A stretch of DNA of 64,000 bases from Octopus sinensis (taxonomy: Eukaryota): positions 160,890,001-160,954,000 of the forward strand of contig NC_042999.1 in the NCBI RefSeq assembly GCF_006345805.1, written 5' to 3'. The notes under the pieces are model-generated. The model saw only the letters and a program-made list of their open reading frames with translations. It did not search any database and had not been told where the DNA came from. A program made the position numbers and the translations under genes. The first letter of the stretch is position 1; every line of letters starts with the position of its first letter. Below, one piece after another: positions 1 through 13,140 of the stretch.

Positions 1-451
1 CTATACTTCTGCAAAACAAAGAATCACAAAAGTAATAATAAAGTCCATTGAATCATTGATTGTTTAAGAGAACACAGAAACAAAGATAAATATAGAAGAA
101 AGAAATAAGAATTGCTAAAGATGTAATTGTTTAATAGTTTTTGAATCTTTTATGTAACCAAAATTTTAACTGTAAATAATTCAAGCAATTAACAAAACAA
201 AGCTTGTTAAAAGTCAAAGGATGAAGCAACTGATCACTGATGATATTTGGATAAATTCTTCAGTTATGAGGTATGAAAATTTTTGGTGTTTCTCAAAAGA
301 AACTACAGATTGTTTTAAATATGTTCATTCTAAATTTCTTTTAAAATATGTGGTTCCATCATATAAAAAAATAAGTGGAAAAGGAGGGAAGATTTTAAAA
401 GATTTTGAACATAAAATTCCTAAAAATTCTTTGGTAATTGAAACTGGTAAT

Positions 452-566
452 TTACAAGTCCTTACAAAGAGAAGGATCATGTGAACGTCCTGAACGTAAT
501 TCACACAACAAATCATGGCGACAGCTGCCAGAACATTCTCCATTATTTACTGACTTGAACTTGTAC
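452..566 (-). CDS. SMPD1: Coding exon 13 (last), Cys-rich C-terminus and stop codon
   Basis: ttccag|(K)[40 protein letters not shown]; the four-Cys spacing matches the ASM C-terminal domain. Confidence 0.92.
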
Positions 567-3500
567 CTGGAAAACAAAAATCAAATTAAAATCAGATCAT
601 TTCGAAAAGAGGCTCATGTATAAAAATCTTTGTACAAAAAAGATTGTTTGGTATTGCACATTATTTAACCCTTTCATTACCAAACCGCCCAAAAAAGATT
701 TTGGTTAATGTGACCAAACCCGCCCAAATTTACCTATTCATATTTAAATGAGAATATCAGAGCAAATCTCTTTAGTACATTCGTGAAAACACGTGATTAT
801 GCTTCGTAAACAGTTAATCTACAGTTTTGTACAACGATCGACGAGTAATTTTAATTCCCTGAATTTTGGGAGATTTTTTTCCACATTTTTTTCAGCATCG
901 ATTTTTCTTCAACTTTGAAAATGGATAGGAGTTTCATGTTATCAAGCATTGATTCCGAATTGGAAAATTTGTGAAACAAATACTGGGTACTGTTGTGGAT
1001 TTAGTTTTTATACAGGGAAACTAATGTTAGTCAGCATGGCTTAGGGTATGATGTGGTCTGGAAGTTATTGTTTGAAGCGATCAATGCGGAAACAAACTTA
1101 CGCAGAATGTAAACAAACACAAAATGGGGGTTCAAATTTCGGAAAATTTGTGAAGCAAATACTGGGTACTGCGTGGATTTAGTTTTTATACAGGGAAAAT
1201 AATGTTAGTCAGCATGGCCTAGGGAACGATGTGGTCTGGACTTTATCACTTCCATACCATAACCAGGGCCGTATATTATTTTTTGACCGATTTCTTTAGT
1301 TCGGTCAAACTTACGGTGGATTCCAGTATTTCACTTTATTCCACCTTTATGGTACACCTGTTGTGCATTAAATTCAACTGATGATATAGTGATGTGCACA
1401 ATTCTTCTTTATCAAGATTTTGTTGCATACCCATTTGAATATTAGCTGATGATTCATTTTCTATGGTGATGTTTAAACAAAATTTTAATATTTTTACCTT
1501 TTGCTCAATTTAAAATTTTAATATTTTTACCTTTTGCTCAATTTACCTGGATTTACCTGTAATTAAAGTCACTTTGAGACAAAAGTTATGCAATAGAATT
1601 GATTAAGAACCCTGTCTTTAATTATGTTCCAAATATCACATTAATATGTTGATAAGTAAAAAAGTTACAGTTATTTAATGAAACAAGCCTAGATTCATGA
1701 TTATTTTAGAATTTAATTGAAACTCATGAGGGGTGTATTTTGATCAGAAATATAGTAACGAAAGGGTTAAGGGTGAACATAGTTTAATCATTAAAGTACA
1801 TTTAATGTACAGCTCATGAATTTTAACTAGCTAATTTAATCATCATCATCATCGTTTAACTTCTACCTTCCATGCAGGCATAGGTAGGATGGTTGACAGG
1901 AGCTGGTCAGGGAGAAGACTACCCCAAGATATTGTCTGTTTTGACAGGGCTTTTACGGCTAGATGCCCTTTCTAACACCAACCACTCTGCTGAGTGGACT
2001 TTTTACATGGCACTAGCACAGATGAGGTCAGTTTTGGCATGATTTTTACAGCTGGATGCCCTTCGAAATGCCAACCACTTTACAGTGTGGAGTGGATGCT
2101 TTTTACATGATACCAGCACTAGCAGGGTCACCAAGTAACTTACAAGACAAGGAATTTTGAGAGGGGGCAGGGGGAATTGGATGAGGGGATCTTGTGTTAG
2201 ATGGTAAAAGATTAGAGTGTGACAGAGACAGAGAGGCAGAAACAGGTGTCTTGCTATAACAGGGGGCATTGGAGGAGGTGATCCAGTGTCAAATGTTGAA
2301 ATAGTGGCAGAAACAGGTGTCTTGCTCTAGAGGAGGTACATGGTTACCTGGCAAGAGAGAAGAGAGAGGTATAGAGAAAGAGGACAGAAACAGGTGTACT
2401 GATGTAAAGGAGATATTCGGTTCCACACTCTCTATCTGCTGGTCTCTAAAGAAGCTAAGAGTAGAGGAGTGGCTTGTTGGTGTTGTACAAGCCATGTAAG
2501 GTGAGAATTGGCCTTGAATACAGTTATGAATTTAGTGTACAAGTTGGAGTTTATCATGGATCAGTTCTTAGTCCACTCTTATTCATCATAGTTCTCCAGG
2601 CCATAACAGAAGAATTCGAAATTGAATACTCATGGAACTGCTATAGCTGATGACCTTGCTCTTATTGCAGAATCTGAAGCAGAAGTGGCAAAGTTCCAGG
2701 TTTGGAAACAAAACCTGGAATTAAAGGGCCTTAAAGTTAACCTAACAGAGACTAAAGTTGTTAGCAAGAAGGCAGATAAGACTCTCTTTCTGTCAGGTAT
2801 ATGTCCCTGCTCAATATGTAGGAAAGGAGTGGGAAGTAATGCCATTTGCTGCACCAAGCGTAAGCTATGGATGCATAAGAGATGCAGTAGAATCGCAGGT
2901 AGGTTAACAGATAAGGTCATACATTTCTTTCTAGTGTCCACTTTTCAAGTGGAAAAATCCAGATATGTTGACCCTTTAGCATTTAAATCAACCATATCTA
3001 GCTCAAATATTCTACCTGTTTTATTTTAAAATTGGCCTGATTTGGCCTCTTGCACCTACCCTACAATGTCATTCTAAAAATAAGCAATCACATCATTGAA
3101 ATCTCAAAGCTATGAGATGATGCATGATTAATTCAAAATAATGTGAACAAATAAGCATTTCATTCGACAGAGAAATCTGAATGCTAAAGAGTTAAACATA
3201 GACATACCATCATACTGAACATACTACTGAATCTACATTTCATGAGGCATGTGGCCTAGTGGTTAGGTTACAGTTCGACTCTTGGATCAAGTAGCACATG
3301 GCATCCTTGAACAAGGTGTTCATTTTATGTTGCTTTAGTCTACTCAGCAGAACATGAGTAACAGTGAGCAGCTGGAGCTCAACCTTACAACAGATTGGCA
3401 TGCAATTCTGCATGTCAGTCCGTTGTATGAAGCATTTAGGTGAGTGAAAGTAAAAATCATAGTCACCTTGTCTTGTAAATCTGTATAAGTGTGTCCCATG

Positions 3501-4202
3501 ATCAGAAAGGTACAAGGCAGATATTTTTAGGTTACAGTTCTCATTAAACGAATACTTCAGCTATTATTATTATAAGGAGTTATAGTTGTTTCAGTCATTG
3601 GACTGCAGCCATGCTAGGACACCACCTTGAAGAGTTCAGCTGAACAAACCAACCCAAGTACTTATTTTTTCCAGCCAGGTACTTATTCTATCAATCTACT
3701 GAATCACTAAGTTACAGTGATATAAATAAACCAGCACTGATTGTCAATGTGGTGGGGAGCATAAACACAAACACACACACACAAATGGCAGGCTTCTACA
3801 CAAATTCACCCACAAGGTATTGGTCAACCTGGGGCAGTAAGCAGAAGACACTTGCTGCAGCAGTGGAATTTGAATCTGAAATCATATAGATGCAAAGCAA
3901 GCTTCTTAACCACCCAGTAATGCCGGCACCTTAATATACATAATATCATTTCAATTGATTTTCCCAAGTTTGCACAAGTAAGATGGCTTAATTGTAGGAA
4001 CAATACTCTTTTACTCTTTGACTTGTTTCAGTCATTTGACTGCGGCCATGCTGGAGCACCGCCTTTAGTCGAGTAAATCGACCCAGAGACTTATTCTTTG
4101 TAAGACTAGTACTTATTCTATCGGTCGCTTTTGCCGAACCGCTAAGTGACAGGGACGTAAACACACCAGTATCGGTTGTCAAGCAATGCTAGAGGGACAA
4201 AC

Positions 4203-4265
<63 letters not shown>

Positions 4266-5150
4266 GACAGGCTTCTTTCAGTTTCCATCTACCAAATCCA
4301 CTCACAAGGCATTGGTCAGCCCGGGGCTCTAGCAGAAGACACTTGCCCAAGATGCCACGCAGTAGGACTGAACCTGGAACCATGTGGTTGGTTAGCAAGC
4401 TACTTACCACACAGCCACTCCTGTGCCTATAGTTTTTTTTTTTTTTTTTTTACATATAGATGTTCTTCCTAGTTAAAGTAGATCAAGCAGTTAGATATAA
4501 AATCTGCACTTATGACCATATAACCAACATCTCATCACCATAACCTTACATGCCATTAGTATCTAAATTTGGTGATCCCTGATAGAATATTTTGATTACT
4601 ATTGGATAAGCTTGCAAAGTGGCTGACCATTCTACAGACATGAATACTCTTAACATAATTATCAGGTGGAACCAGTATGACATAAGGCTGGGTTTTTGGA
4701 TTACTCCTGTTCTACCATAGCTTTAGGCTGACTAATGTCTTGTAAGAGGAATATGGGAAATGGTAACCGATGGTTACTTATAGCATCCCATGGTGCTTTG
4801 ATGAGTATATATATATATATGTATATTATATATATATCGTGATCACGTGACCGACCAGGCTATCATATGTTTCTACACATCGCTGGCCACAATGCGCTTC
4901 GCATTGTTTTAGCCTTCGAATGACGCCACCCCACTGGCTAAGCGAGCAGGCCAACAGAAGAAAGAGTGAGAGAAAGTTGTGGCAAAAGAGTACAGCAGGG
5001 ATTGCCACGCCCCCCCTCACCTGCCGGAGCCACGTGGAGCTTTAGGTGTTTTCGCTCAATAAACACTCACAATGTCCGGTCTGGGAATCGAAACCGCGAT
5101 CCTATGACCACGAGTCCGCTGCCCTAACCACTGGGCCATTGTGCCTCCAC

Positions 5151-5203
<53 letters not shown>

Positions 5204-8200
5204 TAATTGTTATCGCCATATTAATATGGCATTCTTATAGATATAAGAATAATCGCTGCCATGGTCAGCTCCATGAGGCCACCGCCATCAAGATAGCTAT
5301 TGATACACGATCTGTATCCATTATAACCTTCGAACAAAGTTAATCCTCTTTCTATCTTTAGTGATCATGTTCACAACAGCCATAAATATGATCACCAACA
5401 AGACAGATTTAACTCTGTAAAGTAATATATTGCCAACAACACATAAAATGATAATAACAGCACATTTTACTTCTTGAAGTACTTATTCTGTATATGAAAA
5501 TTTTGTTCTTACAAACAAAGACAAGAAAGAGAGAAAGAATGAATGAATAGATATATTTATGTGTGTGTGTATGTGTGCACATATAAAAGCAACAAGTGAA
5601 ATGTCCTCAACTCTGCTCAAGAGGGCAGTAACTTTGAATAAGAACTGACTCAAACCTGTTCAATCCATGCTCGTATGAAAAGCAGATATGAAATAATGAT
5701 GAGGAGGAAAATTAGTAAAGCTAGATATATATGCTTACTTGTTAAAAAGTTGCAGTATTGTTGCATTTTTTCCCATGATCTTAATCAAGTTATTCCAGCT
5801 GTCGGGATTTAAATTTGGTAAATTGTAGGTTTCCTGAAACACATTACAATATATTATAATTTGGATATCTTAAATAATCAAAATTAAGAATATAAAAAGG
5901 AAGAAACAAGGAAATGAACAGCTAAAAAAATAAAGATAATGTCCAGTTATTCAATTTATAAAGGCATATGACTCAGTGGTTAGAATGTTGGGCTCATAAT
6001 CATGGGGTAGGGAGTTTGATTCCTCAACTGGGCTGTGTATTGTGTTCTTGAGCAACACACTTTATTCCAGTTCACTCAGCTGTGAAATGAGTTGTGATGT
6101 CACCAGTGCCAAGCTATATCGACCTTTGCCTTTCCCTGAGATAACATCGGTGACATGGAGAGGAGAGGCTGGTATATATGGATGACTGCTGGTCTTCTAT
6201 AAACAACCTTGCCTGGGCTTCTGTTTTGGAGGGTTATTTTCTAGGTGCGAATCTATGGTCATTCATGACCGATGGGATTCTTTATTATTCATTTCATATC
6301 CACTTTGTCAAGGTGGTTACAGCATTACTTGATGGAAGCACTCCGTTGGTTACGACGACGAGGGTTCCGGTTGATCTGAATCAACGAAACAGCCTGCTCG
6401 TGAAATTAACGTGTAAGTGGCTGAGCACTCCACAGACACGTGTACCCTTAACGTAGTTCTCGGGGATATTCAGCGTGACACAGAGAGTGACAAGGCCGGC
6501 CCTTTGAAATACAGGTACAACAGAAACAGGAAGTAAGAGTGAGAGAAAGTTGTGGTGAAAGAGTACAGCAGGGATCACCACCATCCCCTGCCGGAGCCTC
6601 GTGGAGCTTTAGGTGTTTTCGCTCAATAAACACTCACAACACCCGGTCTGGGAATTGAAACCGCAATTCTATGACCGCGAGTCCGCTGCCCTAACCACTG
6701 GGCCATTGTGCCTCCACGCAGCATTACTTAATTAGGGTCACAATATGAATATTTAGGCCAACTGGAGAACATAAATTCACCATTGCAAATCAATTAAACA
6801 TTCATCACACTGTTTTTACAGCTATTATAGTAGTTAGCTGTAGCTACCCATGGCACCCATTAACAATCATGAGTTTAACCAATGATATAAAAGCATCTTG
6901 GCTTTAAAAACAAATGATTAAGTTGTTGAGTGGTAAAATGACACCTTACCAACTTAGGCCAGTTGTGAGTCTTTAAACTTTATTATCCACTAGCAGTATC
7001 GCTCGGGTTTGTAAGGGAAATAACTATATAAGCATTTTTAGAGATGTAAAGTATAATAGCCATCTCAATATGGTTAACTACAAGGGGGGGGTGTTACTTA
7101 GGTTTTTACGTTCTGAGATTTAATAATACATTTTTAGAGAGTTACTTCCCTTATATATGCCAAAAATGCATTAAAAATGGGAAAAATTTAATGGTAAATT
7201 TTTTTTTAAATCGTAGACTCATCGTAGACGTGCGCTAATACCCAGAAGGGGTCGATATGAATCACGACTATAAGATACCCGCTTTTGGTTACACTGCACC
7301 GCAAAATGTGGGAGTAGTTAGGTATCTAAATCGTAGGAGACAGATAGCACACAACCTCACTTTTATATATAAAGATTTAAAAAATGATAATGTAAATAAC
7401 ATTGTGTATTAGACAATATATTTAGCATAAAGATGCTTTACACCAGGCATTTTCAACTACTATACCATGATACATGTGTTTCTATGTACAGACTATGGGC
7501 ATGCCACAAATGTTTGGGGCCAAGTTGGAAAATGCCAGGATATTTAGAAAACTGCTTTTAATGCAACACACTGGTGCATGTGCATTCTTTTGCAGTAAGT
7601 TTTAAAATGTGTGTGCATCTGTGTTTTAACAATTTCAATATTATTTTTTATGTATATACTAAACCTGTCGAGATTTTCTAGCACTTTTAGCCCTTAAGCA
7701 TTTTAATTAATATTCTACACATTTCATGTTCAAACTAGCAATATCCAGCCGCTCACACCTACCCTACAATGTCATTCTAAAAATAGACAGTTACATCACT
7801 GAAATCCCAAAGCAATGAGATAATGTATGATTAATTCAAAACAATATGAAATAAAAAAGTATTACATTTGACAAAGCAATCTGAATGTTAAAGGGTTAAG
7901 GCATTGGATTGTAAAAAGTTGAAGATCAGTTTTAGAAATAAGTAGAAATAATAAAACTTAAGAGGTCAAACAATTTTTTTTTTTTTTTTCAGTTTTTAAA
8001 AACATGCTACTTGTAGGCAAATGAAAATTTTGGTTACACTGCACCGCAAAATGTGGGAGTAGTTAGGTATCTAAATCGTAGGAGACAGACACACAACTTC
8101 ACTTTTATATATAAAGATTTAAAAAATGCTCATGTAAATTTCAGATAGCTCACAAAGAAAACTTTGACAAACTTCATAAAACCTAACAATCTTTAAAAAT

Positions 8201-11200
8201 CTCTCATGATTATAATCAATTTGAGTGTATTAGAATAAATCCACTTACTTTGGCACTATATTCTTTCTGCCATACAGGGTTGTCGTTAATGTTTGCTGCA
8301 GTTAAGTTAAGCAAGTAATTCTCATGGTTCAGTACAGCCTGAAAGATGCATGAAATAAACTTAAAATGTTAATACTGACATCATCATCATCATCACCATC
8401 ATCTTCATCATCACCATCATCATCATCATTATCATCACCATCATCATCATCATCATCATCGTCATCATCGTCATCGTCATCATCATCATCATCATCATCA
8501 TCATCTTCATCATCACTCAATGTCTGTTTTCCAGGCTGGGACGAGTTGAACAGTTTGACAGGATTTGGCAAGTTACTGTGCCAAGTTTCAATGTCTGCAT
8601 TTGGCATGGTTTCTATGGCTGGACACTCTTCCTAATGCCAACCACTTTTCTGTGTATATTGAGTGCTTTTAAGTGGTACTGGCACCAGCGAGATCACTGA
8701 ATAACTCACAAGACAAGACACCTCTACGGAGTGGGGAGTAGTATTGAGGGATGTGGTTCTGTGCCAGGTGATGAAAGGTTTAAAGTACGACAGAGACAGA
8801 AACAGGTGTCATGAGCAGGGGAGACGCATGGCTACTCCAACTGGAGAAGGAAAAGGATAGTGGTGAAGATGTGTCACGGCATGTCCTCAACTTACAGGAA
8901 GGTGAATAGAAGTGATATGGTGAGTGTGGAAGGAGAGCGGCAGAATGATAGAGGGAATGAAATATAGAAGAAAATGCAATGATTGATGAATGCAGGTGAA
9001 GGTGTGAATATGAGTTGTAGGTGAGGGTCAGGGAAGTACTTGGTGGCAGCAAAAATGATGTGAAGTGTGTGTGGGATTTGAAAGAGATGCATAGTGCCAT
9101 GGATGAAGTTAGATGTACATAAGAGTGGAAATAGTGGGAGATGAACAAGGATAATGGTCGGGGAGGGAGCTGTCGTTTACAAAATGAAGGTGTACAGGTA
9201 AAAGGAGATGTTGAGGGAGTGTTCAGTGGAAAATGAGGTGGTTAGGGAAGATAGAGAGAATGCATGAGATGAAGGAAGAGACAGCAGAGAGTGTGAGAGG
9301 TAGGGGGATGAAACATGCTAGGGTAAGGGTTAGGGTTAGGGTTAGGGTTCAGCTCTCGCAATTACAACAGCTGAGTGAATAGTGCCCCAGTCAGAAGAGT
9401 GCAGGGTGGGTTTTAAGAAGATAAGTTGTGGGGTGGGGGTAGATTTGATGGAGACAGATTGGGTGCAGCATAGACATAAGTGATATGTTTTTAGGGCTTT
9501 GCTTTTGCCTAGATCAGTGGTTTTCAACCAAGGTTCCGCAGAGCCTTAGGATTCCGCCAATACAGTCCAGGGGTTCCGCAAGAAGTTACAAAACTGCTAA
9601 AATCGGCAGTAATATTTAATTCTCCTGTGCAGATATGTGTGCATAAGACATAAATTATTGCACAGGGGTTCCTCGAGCCAGTGGAATGTTTCCTTGGGGG
9701 TTCCACTCCAGCAAAAAGTTTGAACAGCACTGGCCTAGATAGACAAATACTTTTCAGTGCAGTAAATCACCAATCTGCTCATCTCGTTATCTCCAGCAGA
9801 CACACAACAGCTATCCCCACTATCATTATCATCACTATTTAAAACCAAAGATGTTATCAACCAATCATTTTCATCATTTGATTATTCTCCACTCACATCC
9901 AAGTTGCCCACACCGTTTCTACCAATTCCAGCAACAAAAGGAATTTAGTTCTTTAGTTAAGACCAATATTGTTCAGGCCACAGTCACAAAAAGATGCTTC
10001 AAAAGTATTTGATACAATAAATACTGAAATTCCTCATAAATAGAAAAAGGGATTCCCAACCTAGGATCAGCTGTTCCAAAGAGAAGTGTGTGTGTGAGGT
10101 GGTGGTGGTAGTGTGTGTGTGGTGAAGCAAATGATGTGGATCTGTGAGCAGTTTTCAAAAATTTCAAAGGCTGCAGTTACATATATCATTCAACTGAGAG
10201 ATAAAGTGGAGGAATTAGTTTGCTATCAATAGAAAGGCTAATTAAGTGGATAAACCATTCAGGAGTCTGGGGATGTGTGAGAACTTTACTTAATTAAAAA
10301 GTGGTTGTTGATAAAAAAAAGGTTGTGAATCACTGAAATAAGAATAACCTAAAGAGAAGTAAAATATCCCCATTTATTGATTCATCAACACAATTACTTC
10401 TAATTAGCTTCCCACATTAAATGTATTAACACTAACTTTTGTCTTTTTATGTGAAAAGCATCTCTAAATTCATTCTCCAAAGAACTCTTATTTTCTACAC
10501 CTTCATTGGTAAATTTACTTAATAATTCTCTCAACACTTTTGCAGCAAACACAATAAAGTCACTAACGAGCACAAGTCATTGATTGATTTTTAAAAATTT
10601 TTCACTGCATAATCAATACTATTTAAATAGGTTATAAATAATTATTTTTAATTTAGGAACAAGGCTAGCAATTTTGAAGGGAGGGGCTTGGGTGATACCA
10701 TCTGAGTACGTCACTGGTACTTTATTTTACCAAACCTGGAAAGATGAGAGGCAAAGCTGACATAAGCAGGATTTGAACTCAGAACACAACGAGCCAGAGT
10801 ATTTTTTTGTCCCAACATATTAAAAATTCTGCTGGCTCACCACCCTTATATTGGTAAGAATATAAATAGCACATACCGTTAATTCACTTATTTATGAACG
10901 AATGATACATAGATATAACAGAACCAAACACTAGTCTTCTGAATTAGACAAGTCTATTAGCAACACAGTAATTAAAGTGACAGAAGGAAAAAAAAATTAC
11001 TTTTTACAGAAAATCGACAAATTTGAAATTTTCTTTTCAATTTCCATTTTTTGAGATAATAACTGATAAAAATATAACTTTATGCAAATCCAGAACCAGC
11101 AGATTAACATCCAAGATTAACATCAGAGAAACTTTGCTCTGTGTAGCTACTTGACTATCTAGTAATAGCAACCAAATTTCCCTCAAACCACAGCCAACTC

Positions 11201-11980
11201 CCTGTAAATGATTATGTCTAGAATATTTTTGATCTTTTGTCTGCTAGTTTAGTACACATCATCATCATCGTTTAACGTCCGTTTTCCGCGCTAGCACGGG
11301 TTGGACAGTTCGACCGGGGTCTGGGAAGCCAGGGGCTGCACCAGGCTCCAGTCTGATCTGGCAGAGTTTCTACAGCTGGATGCCCTTAATAATGCCAACC
11401 ACTCCGCGAGTGTAGTGGGTGCTTTTTACGTGCCACCTGCACAGGTGCCAGGGGGGTCCGGCATTGGCCACGATCGGTTGGAGCTTTTAACGTGCCACCG
11501 GCACGGAAGCCAGCCAAGGCAGCGCTGGCAATGGCCACGTTCAGATGGTGCTTTTTATGTGCCACCGGCACTGGAGCCAGTTGAGGCATCATCATAATTT
11601 AACTTCCGTTTTTCCATACTTGCGTGGATCAAACACAGTTCATTTGAATTAAAGATGTAGACATTAACTTAACAAAACCATGGAAACCAATTTAAAAACT
11701 CTCCATAAAACTTACCCATGAGCTTGTTGGATATGGACCATCAATATCATAAATACGATAACTTGGATTGACAGCTTTGTTGAAAATGTAAGGTGTAATG
11801 CTACCAGCTATGTAGGCAACATTGACTGGACGTTTCATATCACTCACATCATAAAACACTTCAAAGCTATCCATGTGAGTGTGTCCAAAAAACTGTGCTG
11901 CTACTGTACTTTCATATCTGAGGAAAACAAAATGAGTAATGAAATTGTTAGTATATTAAATACATACATTGTTAAAGTAG

Positions 11981-12013
<33 letters not shown>

Positions 12014-12303
12014 TAATTGTTATCGCCATATTAATATGGCAGTCTTATAGATATAAGACTAAAGCTGTCGCTGATTAGCTCCATGAGGCCATCGCCTTAA
12101 GCTAGCTATTTGACACACAAACTGTGTCCATTATAACTGTGTGGTAAGTAGCTTACTAACCAACCACATGGTTCCGGGTTCAGTCCCACTGCATGGTATC
12201 TTGGGCAAGTGTCTTCTGCTATAGCCCCGGGCCGACCAATACCTTGTGAGTGGATTTGGTAGACGGAAACTGAAAGAAGCCTGTCATATATATATATATA
12301 TAT

Positions 12304-12340
<37 letters not shown>

Positions 12341-13104
12341 TTATATGTTTGTGTGTCTGTGTTTGTCCTTCTAACATTGCTTGACACCTGAAGCTGGTGT
12401 GTTTACATCCCCGTAACTTAGCGGTTCGGCAAAAGAGACCAATAGAATAAGTACTGGGCTTACAAAAGAATAAGTCCCGGGGTCGATTTGCTCGACTAAA
12501 AGGCGGTGCTCCAGCATGGCCGCAGTCAAATAACTGAAACAAGTAAAAAGAAAAAAGACAAAAATAACATTATAAGCACTGATTTGAGGCAGTGGACATA
12601 GTTTTTTTTTATCTTTCTTTTTTAAGCCTCAAATAAAATCACAACAGTTTCTTCTATCAATGTTGCATTGTAATTTATTCTTCTTCAATTTTTCTGTTAT
12701 TTCTCTCTTTTCTTCTTGGACTTGCACTTTCCTCTTTTTTGCTCTTCTTGTTTAGTTTCTCATTTCTTCTCCCCAACCACTTGTTTATATGCTTTACTCT
12801 CTGACACATATCCCTACCTTTATCACATTCCTCTTGTCCCTCTATGTACCTCACTAACTTTCTTCTCTTACAGAATAAAAGAACATTTCTTTTGACTAGA
12901 GTTGTATTCTAATTATCCTTTTTTATTCTCCTCTAACTTCTCATCTCCTACAACTCCCACCTTCTTTCCCTTATTCTCTTGTTCACGCCATCCTTACACG
13001 CAACAGCATCTCACACATACCCTTGCACAGACTTCTATCACACCCTCCATATTCCTCTTGCCTTCTCTTTTACATCCGCTCCCATTTCTTTAATTCACGT
13101 TTTC

Positions 13105-13140
<36 letters not shown>

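Noticed and set aside
130-135. ATTAAA on the minus strand as the SMPD1 polyadenylation signal
   Set aside because: It is a variant hexamer in very AT-rich sequence, and the 3' UTR may extend beyond the window.
221-623. ORFs 221-484, 325-543 and 438-623
   Set aside because: They are antisense or off-frame to the real last exon (452-566) and show no protein features.
5310-5430. Possible alternative last exon (acceptor near 5415 giving [10 protein letters not shown]...RRL*)
   Set aside because: It has no similarity to the ASM C-terminus, and the exon at 452-566 supplies the conserved Cys pattern.
4380-6717. tRNA-like sequences with A and B boxes as tRNA genes
   Set aside because: They are SINE heads: each continues into a SINE body and none forms a complete cloverleaf.
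8329-8635. Poly-Asp and poly-Ser ORFs
   Set aside because: These are translations of the (CAT)n microsatellite.
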